From positions 1 to 64,000 of IMG/VR virus record IMGVR_UViG_3300007609_001041: a stretch of DNA of 64,000 nt, one strand, 5' to 3'. Origin of the DNA: an uncultured virus (IMG/VR IMGVR_UViG_3300007609_001041) (Duplodnaviria > Heunggongvirae > Uroviricota > Caudoviricetes). Shown here piece by piece: positions 30,788 through 40,502 of the stretch. Below the pieces are notes generated by a model. That model ran no database searches, had not been told where the DNA came from, and worked only from the letters and a program-made list of their open reading frames with translations. How positions within the stretch are numbered: the stretch's first letter is position 1; every line of letters begins with the position of its first letter. The translations under genes were made by a program, and so were the position numbers.

Positions 30788-32619
30788 TGGCATATCAAAT
30801 TAACAAAACAAGTGGCGCACTACTTGTTAACTTGGCAGATGGACAAATTGATGTAACATCATCAGATATTACACTAATTGGTAGAGGATACTCGGGGTTT
30901 GGTGAAGCAGTTAACGAAAACTTCGTTAAGATGTTAGAAAATTTTGCAAGTCCATCTGCACCTACACAACCGTTAGCTGGGCAACTATGGTGGGATACAT
31001 CTGCATCTCGTTTAAAGGTTTATACAGGGACAAACTGGACAACTGGCGGCGGACCTATTGTACAATCAACACAACCTGTTATGGTCGCCGGCGATCTTTG
31101 GATTAATAACGAAGCTAATCAACTTTATTTCTTTGACGGAACAGACTTAACACTAGCAGGCCCTGTATATAATGCGTTCCAGGGAATATCAGGACCTGAA
31201 GTAATCACAGTACTTGACAATACAGGAACAAGCAGAACTATTGTTAAGTATTGGGTAGGCGGAACATTAGTAGGACTATGGAGTAAGATTGGCTTTACTC
31301 CGCAAAATATAGATACTATTCCAAACTTTAGTGGAGACGTTGTTAAAGGATTTAACGTTGTTGATGACGACTTTATTTTTGCAGGCACAGCAAGTAGAAC
31401 TGAAACACTTGTTGACTCTAATAATGTTGCAAGAACAGCAGCTCAGTTTTTAGCTAGTGATAGTGATGATGCAACTTCGGGTGCGTTAACAGTTAGAAAC
31501 AACAACGGTTTAACAATTGGATTAACAGACAATCACGTTACAAAGGTTACTAGCGTAGGAGTAGTTGCCGAAAACAACATTAGTAATCAAGACTTTATTG
31601 TTAGGATGACTAATTCGGGTGGTAAACAAGATGCAATAACTATTAAATCACAAACAAATCGAGTTGGAATCTACAATGAATCTCCTGCATACACTCTTGA
31701 TGTAGGCGGCGATGCTAGAATTGGCGGAGACTTAATAGTTGACGGTGATACAGTTTCGATTAATGTTACTGAGTTAAATGTAGAAGATAAGAGCATTACA
31801 CTTGCTAAGCCAAGCGATAGCACAGGACTTGGCGATACTGACGTCGACGAATCAGGAATTATAGTCGCCTCAGTAGACGGTGACAAAGAATTCCTCTGGA
31901 GAACATCGACTAGTTCTTGGACAACAAACCAAAGTATAAATTTAACAAATGGAGCAAAACTTAAATCCAACGGAGTGGATCTAATTGACGGTACATCTGC
32001 ACCAGGTATTACTTCATTAGGTAGTTTATCAAGTGCAACTATTGGTAATATGACATTTGACGGTGTTAGAATACAATCTAGTTCAACCGATCTTGATGGA
32101 AACGGATTTACTTTAAATATTGCTGGCCCTGTTAGTTTAACTACAACGCAGACTATTAAAAATGTTTCTGATCCTGTGGATCTCCAAGATGTTGCTACAA
32201 AAAATTATGTAGACAGTCAAATCAACTTAGAAGTTATTCCTTTAGCACTAGATATCACTGGACTAGGAACAGGCGCAACATTGCAATCAAATATTGCAGT
32301 AATTCTTAATGATATAGCACCTACTAGTATTAAAGAAGACGGAACTGAAGCAAGAGTACACTGTACAACTACTACTGGTGCTACAGCAACACTTACAGGA
32401 ACTTCTTTGAATACAGCGTTTAACGAAAGTACAGCTATTGTACAGCAATTAGACGGAGGAGGAAATGACGATGGATCAGTTGGTGTCATTCAAAGTGCTA
32501 CATTTAACGATGCAACAGGTTCAATTTCTTCTACAGTATCAAGATCATTAAAATTATTTAGAGTGATTAGCGGATCATGGACTTATGTACAAGACCTAAC
32601 TCCGGGCGTATTAGTATAA
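30787..32619 (+). CDS. Tail fibre protein, paralog 2
   Basis: Same N-terminal MAY.IN...ENF..MLENFA...GQLWWD module; DPVDLQDVATKNYVD fibre repeat. Confidence 0.72.
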   Translation: MAYQINKTSGALLVNLADGQIDVTSSDITLIGRGYSGFGEAVNENFVKMLENFASPSAPTQPLAGQLWWDTSASRLKVYTGTNWTTGGGPIVQSTQPVMVAGDLWINNEANQLYFFDGTDLTLAGPVYNAFQGISGPEVITVLDNTGTSRTIVKYWVGGTLVGLWSKIGFTPQNIDTIPNFSGDVVKGFNVVDDDFIFAGTASRTETLVDSNNVARTAAQFLASDSDDATSGALTVRNNNGLTIGLTDNHVTKVTSVGVVAENNISNQDFIVRMTNSGGKQDAITIKSQTNRVGIYNESPAYTLDVGGDARIGGDLIVDGDTVSINVTELNVEDKSITLAKPSDSTGLGDTDVDESGIIVASVDGDKEFLWRTSTSSWTTNQSINLTNGAKLKSNGVDLIDGTSAPGITSLGSLSSATIGNMTFDGVRIQSSSTDLDGNGFTLNIAGPVSLTTTQTIKNVSDPVDLQDVATKNYVDSQINLEVIPLALDITGLGTGATLQSNIAVILNDIAPTSIKEDGTEARVHCTTTTGATATLTGTSLNTAFNESTAIVQQLDGGGNDDGSVGVIQSATFNDATGSISSTVSRSLKLFRVISGSWTYVQDLTPGVLV

Positions 32620-32622
32620 ATA
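32615..32622 (+). promoter_or_regulatory. T4-type late promoter TATAAATA
   Basis: Exact T4 late consensus, overlapping a stop codon and upstream of the third fibre gene. Confidence 0.75.
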
Positions 32623-32648
32623 CATGTAACACAATTAGGGGTTTATAA

Positions 32649-34139
32649 ATGGCGTATATAATTAATTTAACAAATGGAGTACAGTTAGCCACTGTCGAAG
32701 ATGGAACCATTGACCAGAGTACTACACTCAAATTAGTTGGTAAAAATTATGCCGGCTACGGTGAAATTCAAAATGAAAATTTTGTTCATTTAATGGAAAA
32801 TTTTTCTAGTGCAAATTCACCAGCAAACCCATTATCAGGGCAAATTTGGTTTGATAGTGCTGTAAGAAAATTAAAGTTTTACGACGGATCTAAATTTAGA
32901 ACCACAGGCGGTGCCGAAGTTTCCACAACTCAACCAGTGGGATTAACAACAGGTGACTTTTGGTGGGATAGCGACAACAGTCAACTATATGCCCAAAATG
33001 CTGATGGAGGATTTGTCCTAATTGGTCCTCAAAGTATTGGCGATACAGTCAGTGCAATGGTAACAGCACAAGTAAGAGATAACGCTCAAAATAATAGAAC
33101 AATTATTAAAGGTACAGTTGACGACGGTGTTGTTTTTATTGTTAGTAATGCAGAATTTACAATTGATCAAACAGACCCAGCTAACGTAATTACTGGTTTT
33201 GATGTTATACGTCAAGGTCTTACACTAAGAAATACAACAAGCGGCACAGATGGTGTAACATCAACTGCACATCGATTCCACGGCACAGCTACTAATGCTG
33301 AACGCCTTGGCGGAGTATCAGCAGAAAACTTTGTACAAAATACTCCGGGGCAAGAAAGTTCCTTTGGTGACATTGTTAGATTTGCTGATGTAGGACTTAC
33401 AGTAGGCGCAGCAAACGACCTTGCAATTTATATTGATCAAGCCAATACCGGCGACGAAGGCGTGATTGAAAATACTACAGGTAAAAAGATTAGATTTAAA
33501 GTAAAATCTACGGGCGGAGTTACAACAGAACCATTGCATATTGCTGCAGAAGGAATTGTTCCTACAGCAACAACAACATACGATATTGGTAATGCAAGTT
33601 TCAAATTTAGAAATATGTATGCTACGTCATTTAACGGTCTAGCAACAAATGCAACAAACTTACAAGTTGGCTCAAATTATAGAACCGGTGATGTGAATGC
33701 TACAAATAACACAGTAGCAGTTCGTGATTCTAGTGGTAATTTAGCAGCTAACGTATTTAATGGTATTTCGACTAGTGCTAGGTACGCTGACTTAGCAGAA
33801 AAATATACAACTGAAATCGATCATCCAGTAGGAACAATAATGGCTATTTGCGTTCACGAAGATCACGAAGCAGATATTGCAAATATAGGTGATGTAGTTG
33901 TTGGAGTAATCAGTGATAAACCTGCATATTTAATGAATGCAGAAGCTGAAGGACAAGCACTTGCCCTCAAAGGACGAGTGCCTGTAAGAACAGTAGGACC
34001 GGTCGTCAAAGGACAATCAATTTATGTTAGTCAAGACGGTATTGCTTCAGCAGAAGGCAACGGCGACCTAGTAGGAATTGCATTAGAATCAAATAATAAC
34101 ACTGCCGAAAAATTAATCGAGTGTGTATTAAAAGTATAA
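32649..34139 (+). CDS. Tail fibre protein, paralog 3, with a C-terminal intramolecular chaperone/peptidase-G2-like domain
   Basis: Shared N-terminal module; C-terminal YADLAEKY...VGVIS..PAYLMN...ALKGRVPV. Confidence 0.72.
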   Translation: MAYIINLTNGVQLATVEDGTIDQSTTLKLVGKNYAGYGEIQNENFVHLMENFSSANSPANPLSGQIWFDSAVRKLKFYDGSKFRTTGGAEVSTTQPVGLTTGDFWWDSDNSQLYAQNADGGFVLIGPQSIGDTVSAMVTAQVRDNAQNNRTIIKGTVDDGVVFIVSNAEFTIDQTDPANVITGFDVIRQGLTLRNTTSGTDGVTSTAHRFHGTATNAERLGGVSAENFVQNTPGQESSFGDIVRFADVGLTVGAANDLAIYIDQANTGDEGVIENTTGKKIRFKVKSTGGVTTEPLHIAAEGIVPTATTTYDIGNASFKFRNMYATSFNGLATNATNLQVGSNYRTGDVNATNNTVAVRDSSGNLAANVFNGISTSARYADLAEKYTTEIDHPVGTIMAICVHEDHEADIANIGDVVVGVISDKPAYLMNAEAEGQALALKGRVPVRTVGPVVKGQSIYVSQDGIASAEGNGDLVGIALESNNNTAEKLIECVLKV

Positions 34140-34142
34140 ATA
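34135..34142 (+). promoter_or_regulatory. T4-type late promoter TATAAATA
   Basis: Exact consensus upstream of the GAGGA RBS of the 34171 ORF. Confidence 0.75.
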
Positions 34143-34170
34143 TATACGTAGTTAAAGAGGAAGTATTACT

Positions 34171-35085
34171 ATGGCAGTCGGCAACGATATTACCGCAGCG
34201 AGATATAACAACATACGTTCAAGAATAGCAGCCGTCCTTGGTTTAGGATCAGGCGATGAAGGATATGGTCAATCAGTAAAAAGTGAAACAATAGCAGTCG
34301 GTGCAACTGTTAGTGCTGTTGACATGGAAAATTTGTTTGATGATATGACTAAAATTAGATTGCATCAAACAGGACTTGCACCTAGCGAAATTGCCAAGCC
34401 TTCGATAGGCGATACTGTAGAAGATTCTAATGTCACTTCGAAAGAAGGATACGTACAGTACGAAGATCTTAGTATTACTTGTCAAAGCGCAAGGCTAAAT
34501 GCAGCTAGTAATCAGCTAGGATTGCAAGCAGGGACTTCTAGTGTTAGATCGGCCGCTTGGTCAACAGATATTAATCATTTATTTACTGTTACTTTTGGCG
34601 GATATAGTGTTACAAATGGCGATGGATCGACAACAACTGTCTCTGGAGCAGATCATATGCGTGTATTCTTTAATGCAGGCGGATCTATTAATATCAGCGG
34701 GTCAATTGGTAGCGGAAATTCTACAATTAATAATGACTGGCGTAACCTAATGTCAAGTGTAGGTACTGTAGTATTTGATAGAGATAATACTAGTAACGGA
34801 TCAACAGGAACTAATTTTGGATATGCAAATCTACCTGGGTCGTACACAACTATCTTTAATAAAACAGCAACAGCATATAGTGCTAACGATTATTTAATTG
34901 AAGCCTACAAAAGCGGTAATGTACTGTACTTTAGAGTAACATTTAATGAAGACAAAGGACCTAATCCAAATTTTGACGAAGCGGTCACGGCTACAACTAC
35001 AAGTACGGTTCAAATGAACAGGCCTAACAACAGTGCAAGTGTAGACATTACAGCGCCATCTTTTGCAACAACTAATAACCTTTAA
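34171..35085 (+). CDS. Putative virion structural protein
   Basis: Gly/Ser/Thr-rich, beta-type composition; own late promoter; follows the fibre genes. Confidence 0.5.
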   Translation: MAVGNDITAARYNNIRSRIAAVLGLGSGDEGYGQSVKSETIAVGATVSAVDMENLFDDMTKIRLHQTGLAPSEIAKPSIGDTVEDSNVTSKEGYVQYEDLSITCQSARLNAASNQLGLQAGTSSVRSAAWSTDINHLFTVTFGGYSVTNGDGSTTTVSGADHMRVFFNAGGSINISGSIGSGNSTINNDWRNLMSSVGTVVFDRDNTSNGSTGTNFGYANLPGSYTTIFNKTATAYSANDYLIEAYKSGNVLYFRVTFNEDKGPNPNFDEAVTATTTSTVQMNRPNNSASVDITAPSFATTNNL

Positions 35086-35086
35086 A

Positions 35087-35094
35087 CGTAAATA
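35087..35094 (+). promoter_or_regulatory. Putative late promoter (CGTAAATA) heading the glycosyltransferase block
   Basis: TAAATA core in the 36-nt gap, upstream of an AGGAG RBS. Confidence 0.5.
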
Positions 35095-35121
35095 GTTATA
35101 CTATAAACTAGGAGTATAACT

Positions 35122-35469
35122 ATGGATGACGCTCTAGAAAAGGCACTTGAATTCTCAAATTTTACAGCAACCTTAAATAATCAAAAAAGAATACTTCATG
35201 AAAAATATACTGAAGAGCTTGGACTTTACTATTGCGGCGGTAAGTTTACAGTAACAAAAGAATTATTAACGTTTTGTCATTTGCTTTTAAGTAAAGACAT
35301 TTCAAAAACTGTAGTAATAGACGATAATAATTCTCCTATCCAAATTGATGACATTGATGATTTTATGACAGTGTCATTACAACAATACGCAACTGCCGCT
35401 AACAAATATTTTGCGCATTATAAAGAACTTAGTACTAAACGGAGTGTTGAAGGTTTAGCAGATGTCTGA
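35122..35469 (+). CDS. Hypothetical protein
   Basis: 115-aa ORF with an AGGAG RBS, overlapping the next gene. Confidence 0.6.
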   Translation: MDDALEKALEFSNFTATLNNQKRILHEKYTEELGLYYCGGKFTVTKELLTFCHLLLSKDISKTVVIDDNNSPIQIDDIDDFMTVSLQQYATAANKYFAHYKELSTKRSVEGLADV

Positions 35470-36289
35470 CGGAGTATTATGTTTTGCTCATAATAATGGA
35501 TCTATTGACTATATAAAGCAAGCGGCGTTCTTGGCAAAAAGAGTAAAACAACATTTAGACATACCAGTGTCTGTTGTTACATCAACACCTGACAAAATTA
35601 ATAAAAAACACAGTAAACTATTTGATAATATTATTTTTATTGATGATGACAATACAAATTCTAAAAGATATAATGACGGACAGAACACACATCAAAATCT
35701 TTATTTTAAAAACAACGGAAGAATAAACAGTTACGACCTTACTCCGTATGATAGAACACTAGTTTTAGATACAGATTACATTATTTGTAATGATGTTTTT
35801 AAAAATGCATTTGGAAATGGTAAATTTCAAATATATAGAGATGGGGTTGATTTATGTAGCTGGCGAAAACATGCAGAGTTTGATTATATTAACAATAAAG
35901 GCATTCCTTTCTATTGGGCAACTTGTTTCTATTTTGAAAAAGATCTAGAAAATAAGATATTTTTTGATACTCTAAAACAATTACAATCAAATTGGAGCTA
36001 CTATAGCACAGTTTATGATTTAGGAAGTCGTAATTTTAGAAATGATCATATTTTTAGTATGGGTATTCATATCATGAATGGATTTTCAGATAGCCACTGG
36101 GCTAAGTTATTACCGGGTAAAATGTTTTACACACTAGATAGAGATAAATTATACAAACTAGACAATGATAAATTAGTTTTTATGTTAGAAAAAGAAAGTC
36201 GAGTTAATGAATATGTTCTGTCTTCGACAGATCGATGTAATGTACATGTAATGAATAAATTTAGCTTGGAGCGTGTTTTAGATGTCTAA
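35462..36289 (+). CDS. GT-A fold glycosyltransferase-like protein (GT8-like)
   Basis: YDLTPYDRTLVLDTDYII (DxD) and RND motifs. Confidence 0.62.
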   Translation: MSDGVLCFAHNNGSIDYIKQAAFLAKRVKQHLDIPVSVVTSTPDKINKKHSKLFDNIIFIDDDNTNSKRYNDGQNTHQNLYFKNNGRINSYDLTPYDRTLVLDTDYIICNDVFKNAFGNGKFQIYRDGVDLCSWRKHAEFDYINNKGIPFYWATCFYFEKDLENKIFFDTLKQLQSNWSYYSTVYDLGSRNFRNDHIFSMGIHIMNGFSDSHWAKLLPGKMFYTLDRDKLYKLDNDKLVFMLEKESRVNEYVLSSTDRCNVHVMNKFSLERVLDV

Positions 36290-37091
36290 AGGATACGTAA
36301 TGATGGCTTCGGGTGCCGAATACGTTAAACAAGCATATTTGTGTGCTAAAAGTATTAGAGAAACTCAAACCATCAATAATGTGTCATTGCTTACTAATGA
36401 CACAGTGCCGCAAGAATATAAATCAGTATTCGACAAAATAATTGAAGTCCCTAACAGTCAAACAGATTTTTATCGTACAGACTTTCGCTGGAAAGTATTT
36501 CATATTACTCCGTATGACGAAACAATTGTATTAGACACTGATATGATATTTCTTACTGATGTTAGTCATTGGTGGAATTATCTCAGAAAATACGATATCT
36601 GTTTTACAAAAAACACAAGAACATATCGTAATACTCTGATAACAAACAATTATTATAGAAAGGCATTTGAAGATAATTATCTTCCTAATATTTATTGTGC
36701 ATTTCATTATTTTAAAAAAACTGACATAGCTTTAAATTATTACTTAAAGTTAAAACAAATTTGTAAAAACTATAAAGAATTTTATAAAATCTATGTTCCG
36801 AAACAAACACCTAAACTAAGTAGTATGGACATTAATCATGCCATTACAGTATTGGATCAACAAATAGAAAATTATATTTTTGAACCTGCTAGTTTTGTAC
36901 ACATGAAAAGCAATGTACAAGATTGGAAAAACCCAACAGAAAATTGGACAGATACTATTCCTTTTTATTTTTCACAAGATTTTACTCTTAAAGTTGGAAA
37001 TTATTTACAACACGGAATCTTTCATTATACCGAAAACAGTTTTTGCAACACTATAATACAACAACTAGGAAAACAAAATGAAGTATATTGA
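36282..37091 (+). CDS. GT-A fold glycosyltransferase-like protein (GT8-like), paralog of the previous gene
   Basis: YVKQAYLCAKSI, TPYDETIVLDTDMIF (DxD), FVHMK and FHY motifs. Confidence 0.65.
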   Translation: MSKGYVMMASGAEYVKQAYLCAKSIRETQTINNVSLLTNDTVPQEYKSVFDKIIEVPNSQTDFYRTDFRWKVFHITPYDETIVLDTDMIFLTDVSHWWNYLRKYDICFTKNTRTYRNTLITNNYYRKAFEDNYLPNIYCAFHYFKKTDIALNYYLKLKQICKNYKEFYKIYVPKQTPKLSSMDINHAITVLDQQIENYIFEPASFVHMKSNVQDWKNPTENWTDTIPFYFSQDFTLKVGNYLQHGIFHYTENSFCNTIIQQLGKQNEVY

Positions 37092-37596
37092 AGTACCTAC
37101 TCCACAATATGTTTGTTATAATAAAAATACTGGAGAAATTTTTAGCATTGGACCTAGCATTGACGATGAATATTCTTATATTGAAATTGCAGAAGAGCAA
37201 TCTCAATTATTTAAAAATTTTACAGAAAGAATGGTTGAATGGAAAGTACTGTATAATAAAAGATCTAAAAAATTTGAACTTCGTAAAGATATAGAAAAAA
37301 CAGAAAACGAATTTCCTCTTAAAAAAATTACAAAAGCAGTAGATGAATACGCCGATGTTGAATTAATAATTGACAAACTAAAAAACTTGTGTTACATTAA
37401 TATTAATGATCTTCCTGTTAACATAGACAAAGAAATAGAGTTTTTTATAACTAAAGAAAACGATCCACATTTTTTGTATCAATCTTTAAAGTTTAATTTA
37501 GGAAGTGCTGATAAAATACATATTGAGATAGCACATACATACAGTGTATATTCTAATAATATGTTTGTAGAGTGTGCTGTAAAGGAGATAGTTTGA
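37078..37596 (+). CDS. Hypothetical protein
   Basis: 172-aa ORF overlapping both neighbours; no motif recognised. Confidence 0.6.
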   Translation: MKYIEVPTPQYVCYNKNTGEIFSIGPSIDDEYSYIEIAEEQSQLFKNFTERMVEWKVLYNKRSKKFELRKDIEKTENEFPLKKITKAVDEYADVELIIDKLKNLCYININDLPVNIDKEIEFFITKENDPHFLYQSLKFNLGSADKIHIEIAHTYSVYSNNMFVECAVKEIV

Positions 37597-38495
37597 AATT
37601 AAAAATTGCAGAACAAGACATTATCTATTTGTCGTACGACGAACCAAATGCAGAAAAAAATTATGCAGACTTGTTATCTAAGGTTCCGTGGGCAAAACGA
37701 ATTCACGGAGTCAAAGGTTCAGATGCGGCACATAAAGCCTGTGCAGAAATTAGCGAAACTGACAGATTTATTACTGTAGACGGTGATAATATTGTTGATC
37801 AAAAATTTTTAGATCAAGTCATTGATTTAGATCAACATACTGATTTAAAGAAAAGTGTTATTAGCTGGTGCGGGCGTAATGTTATTAATGGACTTGTATA
37901 CGGCAACGGTGGACTTAAATGTTGGCCTAAAGATTATGTTTTAAATATGCGTACACACGAAGCAGCAGATCCTAACGATATTAATGCACAAGTTGAATTT
38001 TGTTGGGATGCAGAATACATTCAAATGTCTGACTGTTATAGCACAGTACACAACAATGCAAGTCCAAAACAAGCGTGGCGAGCAGGTTTTCGTGAAGGTG
38101 TAAAACTTGCATTAGACCGAGGCGTAAAAGTAGACAAAGAATTATTTTTACAAAGCCATGAAAAAAATTTACATATGTTATATATTTGGCTTATGGTAGG
38201 ATATGATGTTCCGAACGGGCATTTTTCAGTGTATGGTGCCAGAGAAGGACTTATGATGACTATGCTAAGTGATTGGGATTATGTTCAGGTCCGTGACTTT
38301 GATTATTTAGATAGTCATTGGGAGGGTATTAGTAGCATGCCTATGGATGTTCTTTATAGTGAAATTAATAATAACGGATTTATGTTAAGAGATGAGTTAG
38401 GTATTCCGATTGCACCTGAACCATTATCAGAAGATCAGAGTGAATTTTTTAAAGCAGTTCACCACAGCTTCGGAAGAGGTAAACATCTTAAATGA
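37593..38495 (+). CDS. Putative GT-A-like glycosyltransferase/nucleotide-sugar-binding protein
   Basis: SYDEPNA, GVKG..AAH, FITVDGD (DxD) and WRAGFRE motifs. Start re-assigned to TTG 37593 (GGAG RBS, TTGA overlap with the upstream stop). Confidence 0.55.
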   Translation: MKLKIAEQDIIYLSYDEPNAEKNYADLLSKVPWAKRIHGVKGSDAAHKACAEISETDRFITVDGDNIVDQKFLDQVIDLDQHTDLKKSVISWCGRNVINGLVYGNGGLKCWPKDYVLNMRTHEAADPNDINAQVEFCWDAEYIQMSDCYSTVHNNASPKQAWRAGFREGVKLALDRGVKVDKELFLQSHEKNLHMLYIWLMVGYDVPNGHFSVYGAREGLMMTMLSDWDYVQVRDFDYLDSHWEGISSMPMDVLYSEINNNGFMLRDELGIPIAPEPLSEDQSEFFKAVHHSFGRGKHLK

Positions 38496-39826
38496 ATAAA
38501 AATGAAGTAAAACAAAAATTAGATTCGGTTGGTTGCGGATTTTGTCTAGCTAAATGGACGCAAGTTACAATTCATCTTGGATCCGGAATCAATCATAGTT
38601 GTCATCATGTCAGAGCACATGCAATTCCATTAAAAGATCTTGCTGACAATCCTAATGTTTTACACAACACAGGATTCAAAAAGAATACCAGAAAGCAAAT
38701 GCTAAACAACGAACGTCCTGATGAATGTGACTATTGTTGGAGAATCGAAGATAATACAGATAAACTTAGTGACAGAGTATTAAAAAGTGCAGATTCCTGG
38801 TCTTGGCCTGAATACGATATAATTAGTAAATCTTCAGGAGACGAGGATGTTTATCCTAAATATGTAGAAGTCAGTTTTAGTAATGTGTGTAATTTTAAAT
38901 GTGGGTATTGCGGACCTGCATTTAGCAGCAAGTGGGCTGAAGAAATTAATCAACATGGTCCGTACACATTTGATAAAACTAATTGGAAATATAATTTGAT
39001 TGACGAATATCAACAACAAATTCCTACTAGAGAACATAATCCTTATATTGAAGCATTTTGGAAATGGTTTCCGGAAGCTGTTGAACACATGCATACCTTT
39101 CGAATTACAGGTGGAGAACCATTACTAAGTAAACATACTGACAAAGTTTTACAACATTTATTAGAAAACCCCCAACCAGAATTAGAATTTAGTATTAATA
39201 CTAATGCATGTCCCCCGAATAATTTGTGGAAAGAATTTACTAAAAAAATAAAAGTTTTAGAAGAAAAAAACTGTATTAAAAGATTTGTATTATTTGTAAG
39301 TGCAGAAGCCAAAGGAAAACAACAAGAATATAACAGACACGGAATGAATTGGCAATTGTTTGTAGATAATGTAGAATACTTTCTTGAAAATACTAATGGG
39401 CGGCTTAGTTTTATGAGTGCATTTAATATTTTAAGTGTACCAACATTTTTGCCTTTTTTAAAATATGTATCTAGTCTCAAAGGAAGATTTGATAATGATG
39501 TAAATATTGATATTCCATATGTAAGAAATCCTCATTTTCTAGATTGTATGATTGCAACTGAAGAACTTGTACAAACATATTTACATCCTTGTCTTAAATT
39601 TATGCAAGAAAAAAACTTTGAAGCGTTTGAGATACAAAAATTTGAAAGAATTCTCGAAGATTTAGATGGTCGTTTTAAAAATCCAGATAAATTTAAACAA
39701 ATATCAAATGAAGGACGAAGAATGTTTTACGACTGGATTAGAGAACACGATAAGCGTCGAGGAACAAATTTTGAAAAAACTTTTCCAGAACTGATAACAT
39801 TTTATAGAGATTGCTTGTATGTATGA
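38492..39826 (+). CDS. Radical SAM enzyme with an N-terminal SPASM/twitch-like Cys cluster
   Basis: CNFKCGYC and TGGEPLL; N-terminal C..(FC)LAKW...SCHH...CDYCW. Confidence 0.88.
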   Translation: MNKNEVKQKLDSVGCGFCLAKWTQVTIHLGSGINHSCHHVRAHAIPLKDLADNPNVLHNTGFKKNTRKQMLNNERPDECDYCWRIEDNTDKLSDRVLKSADSWSWPEYDIISKSSGDEDVYPKYVEVSFSNVCNFKCGYCGPAFSSKWAEEINQHGPYTFDKTNWKYNLIDEYQQQIPTREHNPYIEAFWKWFPEAVEHMHTFRITGGEPLLSKHTDKVLQHLLENPQPELEFSINTNACPPNNLWKEFTKKIKVLEEKNCIKRFVLFVSAEAKGKQQEYNRHGMNWQLFVDNVEYFLENTNGRLSFMSAFNILSVPTFLPFLKYVSSLKGRFDNDVNIDIPYVRNPHFLDCMIATEELVQTYLHPCLKFMQEKNFEAFEIQKFERILEDLDGRFKNPDKFKQISNEGRRMFYDWIREHDKRRGTNFEKTFPELITFYRDCLYV

Positions 39827-40502
39827 TATTGTGTTTATAAGTTATCATGAATCTAATGCAGAACAAAACTTTGATAAATTGCATCAAAGATTTAACAATA
39901 TAGGCGTTTTTGGAGATAGAATAAAACGGGTATCTAATGTTAAGGGAATACATAATGCACATATCGAAGCTGCTAAGATAGTTAATACAAACTATTTTTA
40001 TGTAGTCGATGGAGATGCTGATATTGTAAGTGACTTTAAATTTGATTATGAAACTATTGATAGTGATGTAGTACATGTATATTCCAGTATTAATCCTATT
40101 AATAATCTTGAATACGGCTACGGTGGAGTAAAATTACTACCAACACAACTTACTAAAAATATAGATACTACTACACACGATATGACCACAAGTATATCAA
40201 AAAAATTTAAAGTTTTAGATGAAATATCAAATATTACAGCATTTAATACAGATGAATTTAGCACTTGGCGTTCGGCATTTAGAGAATGTGCAAAATTATC
40301 GAGTAGAACAATACAAGGACAAATCGATGAAGAAACCGAACAAAGACTCAAAATTTGGACAACCGTGGGACACGATAGAGACTTCGGTGAACATGCCATT
40401 AACGGTGCTAGGGCCGGTATGGAGTTTGGCCTTTCTAACCAGTCTGATATATCATTAATAAACGATTTTGATTGGCTAAAAGAGCAATTCAATAATGATT
40501 AA
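39819..40502 (+). CDS. Putative GT-A-like protein, paralog of 37593..38495
   Basis: SYHESNA, VKGIHNAH, FYVVDGD, NPINNLEYGYGGVKL and WRSAFRE align by eye with the 37593 ORF. Confidence 0.55.
   Translation: MYDIVFISYHESNAEQNFDKLHQRFNNIGVFGDRIKRVSNVKGIHNAHIEAAKIVNTNYFYVVDGDADIVSDFKFDYETIDSDVVHVYSSINPINNLEYGYGGVKLLPTQLTKNIDTTTHDMTTSISKKFKVLDEISNITAFNTDEFSTWRSAFRECAKLSSRTIQGQIDEETEQRLKIWTTVGHDRDFGEHAINGARAGMEFGLSNQSDISLINDFDWLKEQFNND

Noticed and set aside
3893..34847. Numerous 60-113 aa antisense or alternate-frame ORFs inside structural genes
   Set aside because: They are nested in long, motif-bearing genes and show no recognisable features; expected by chance.
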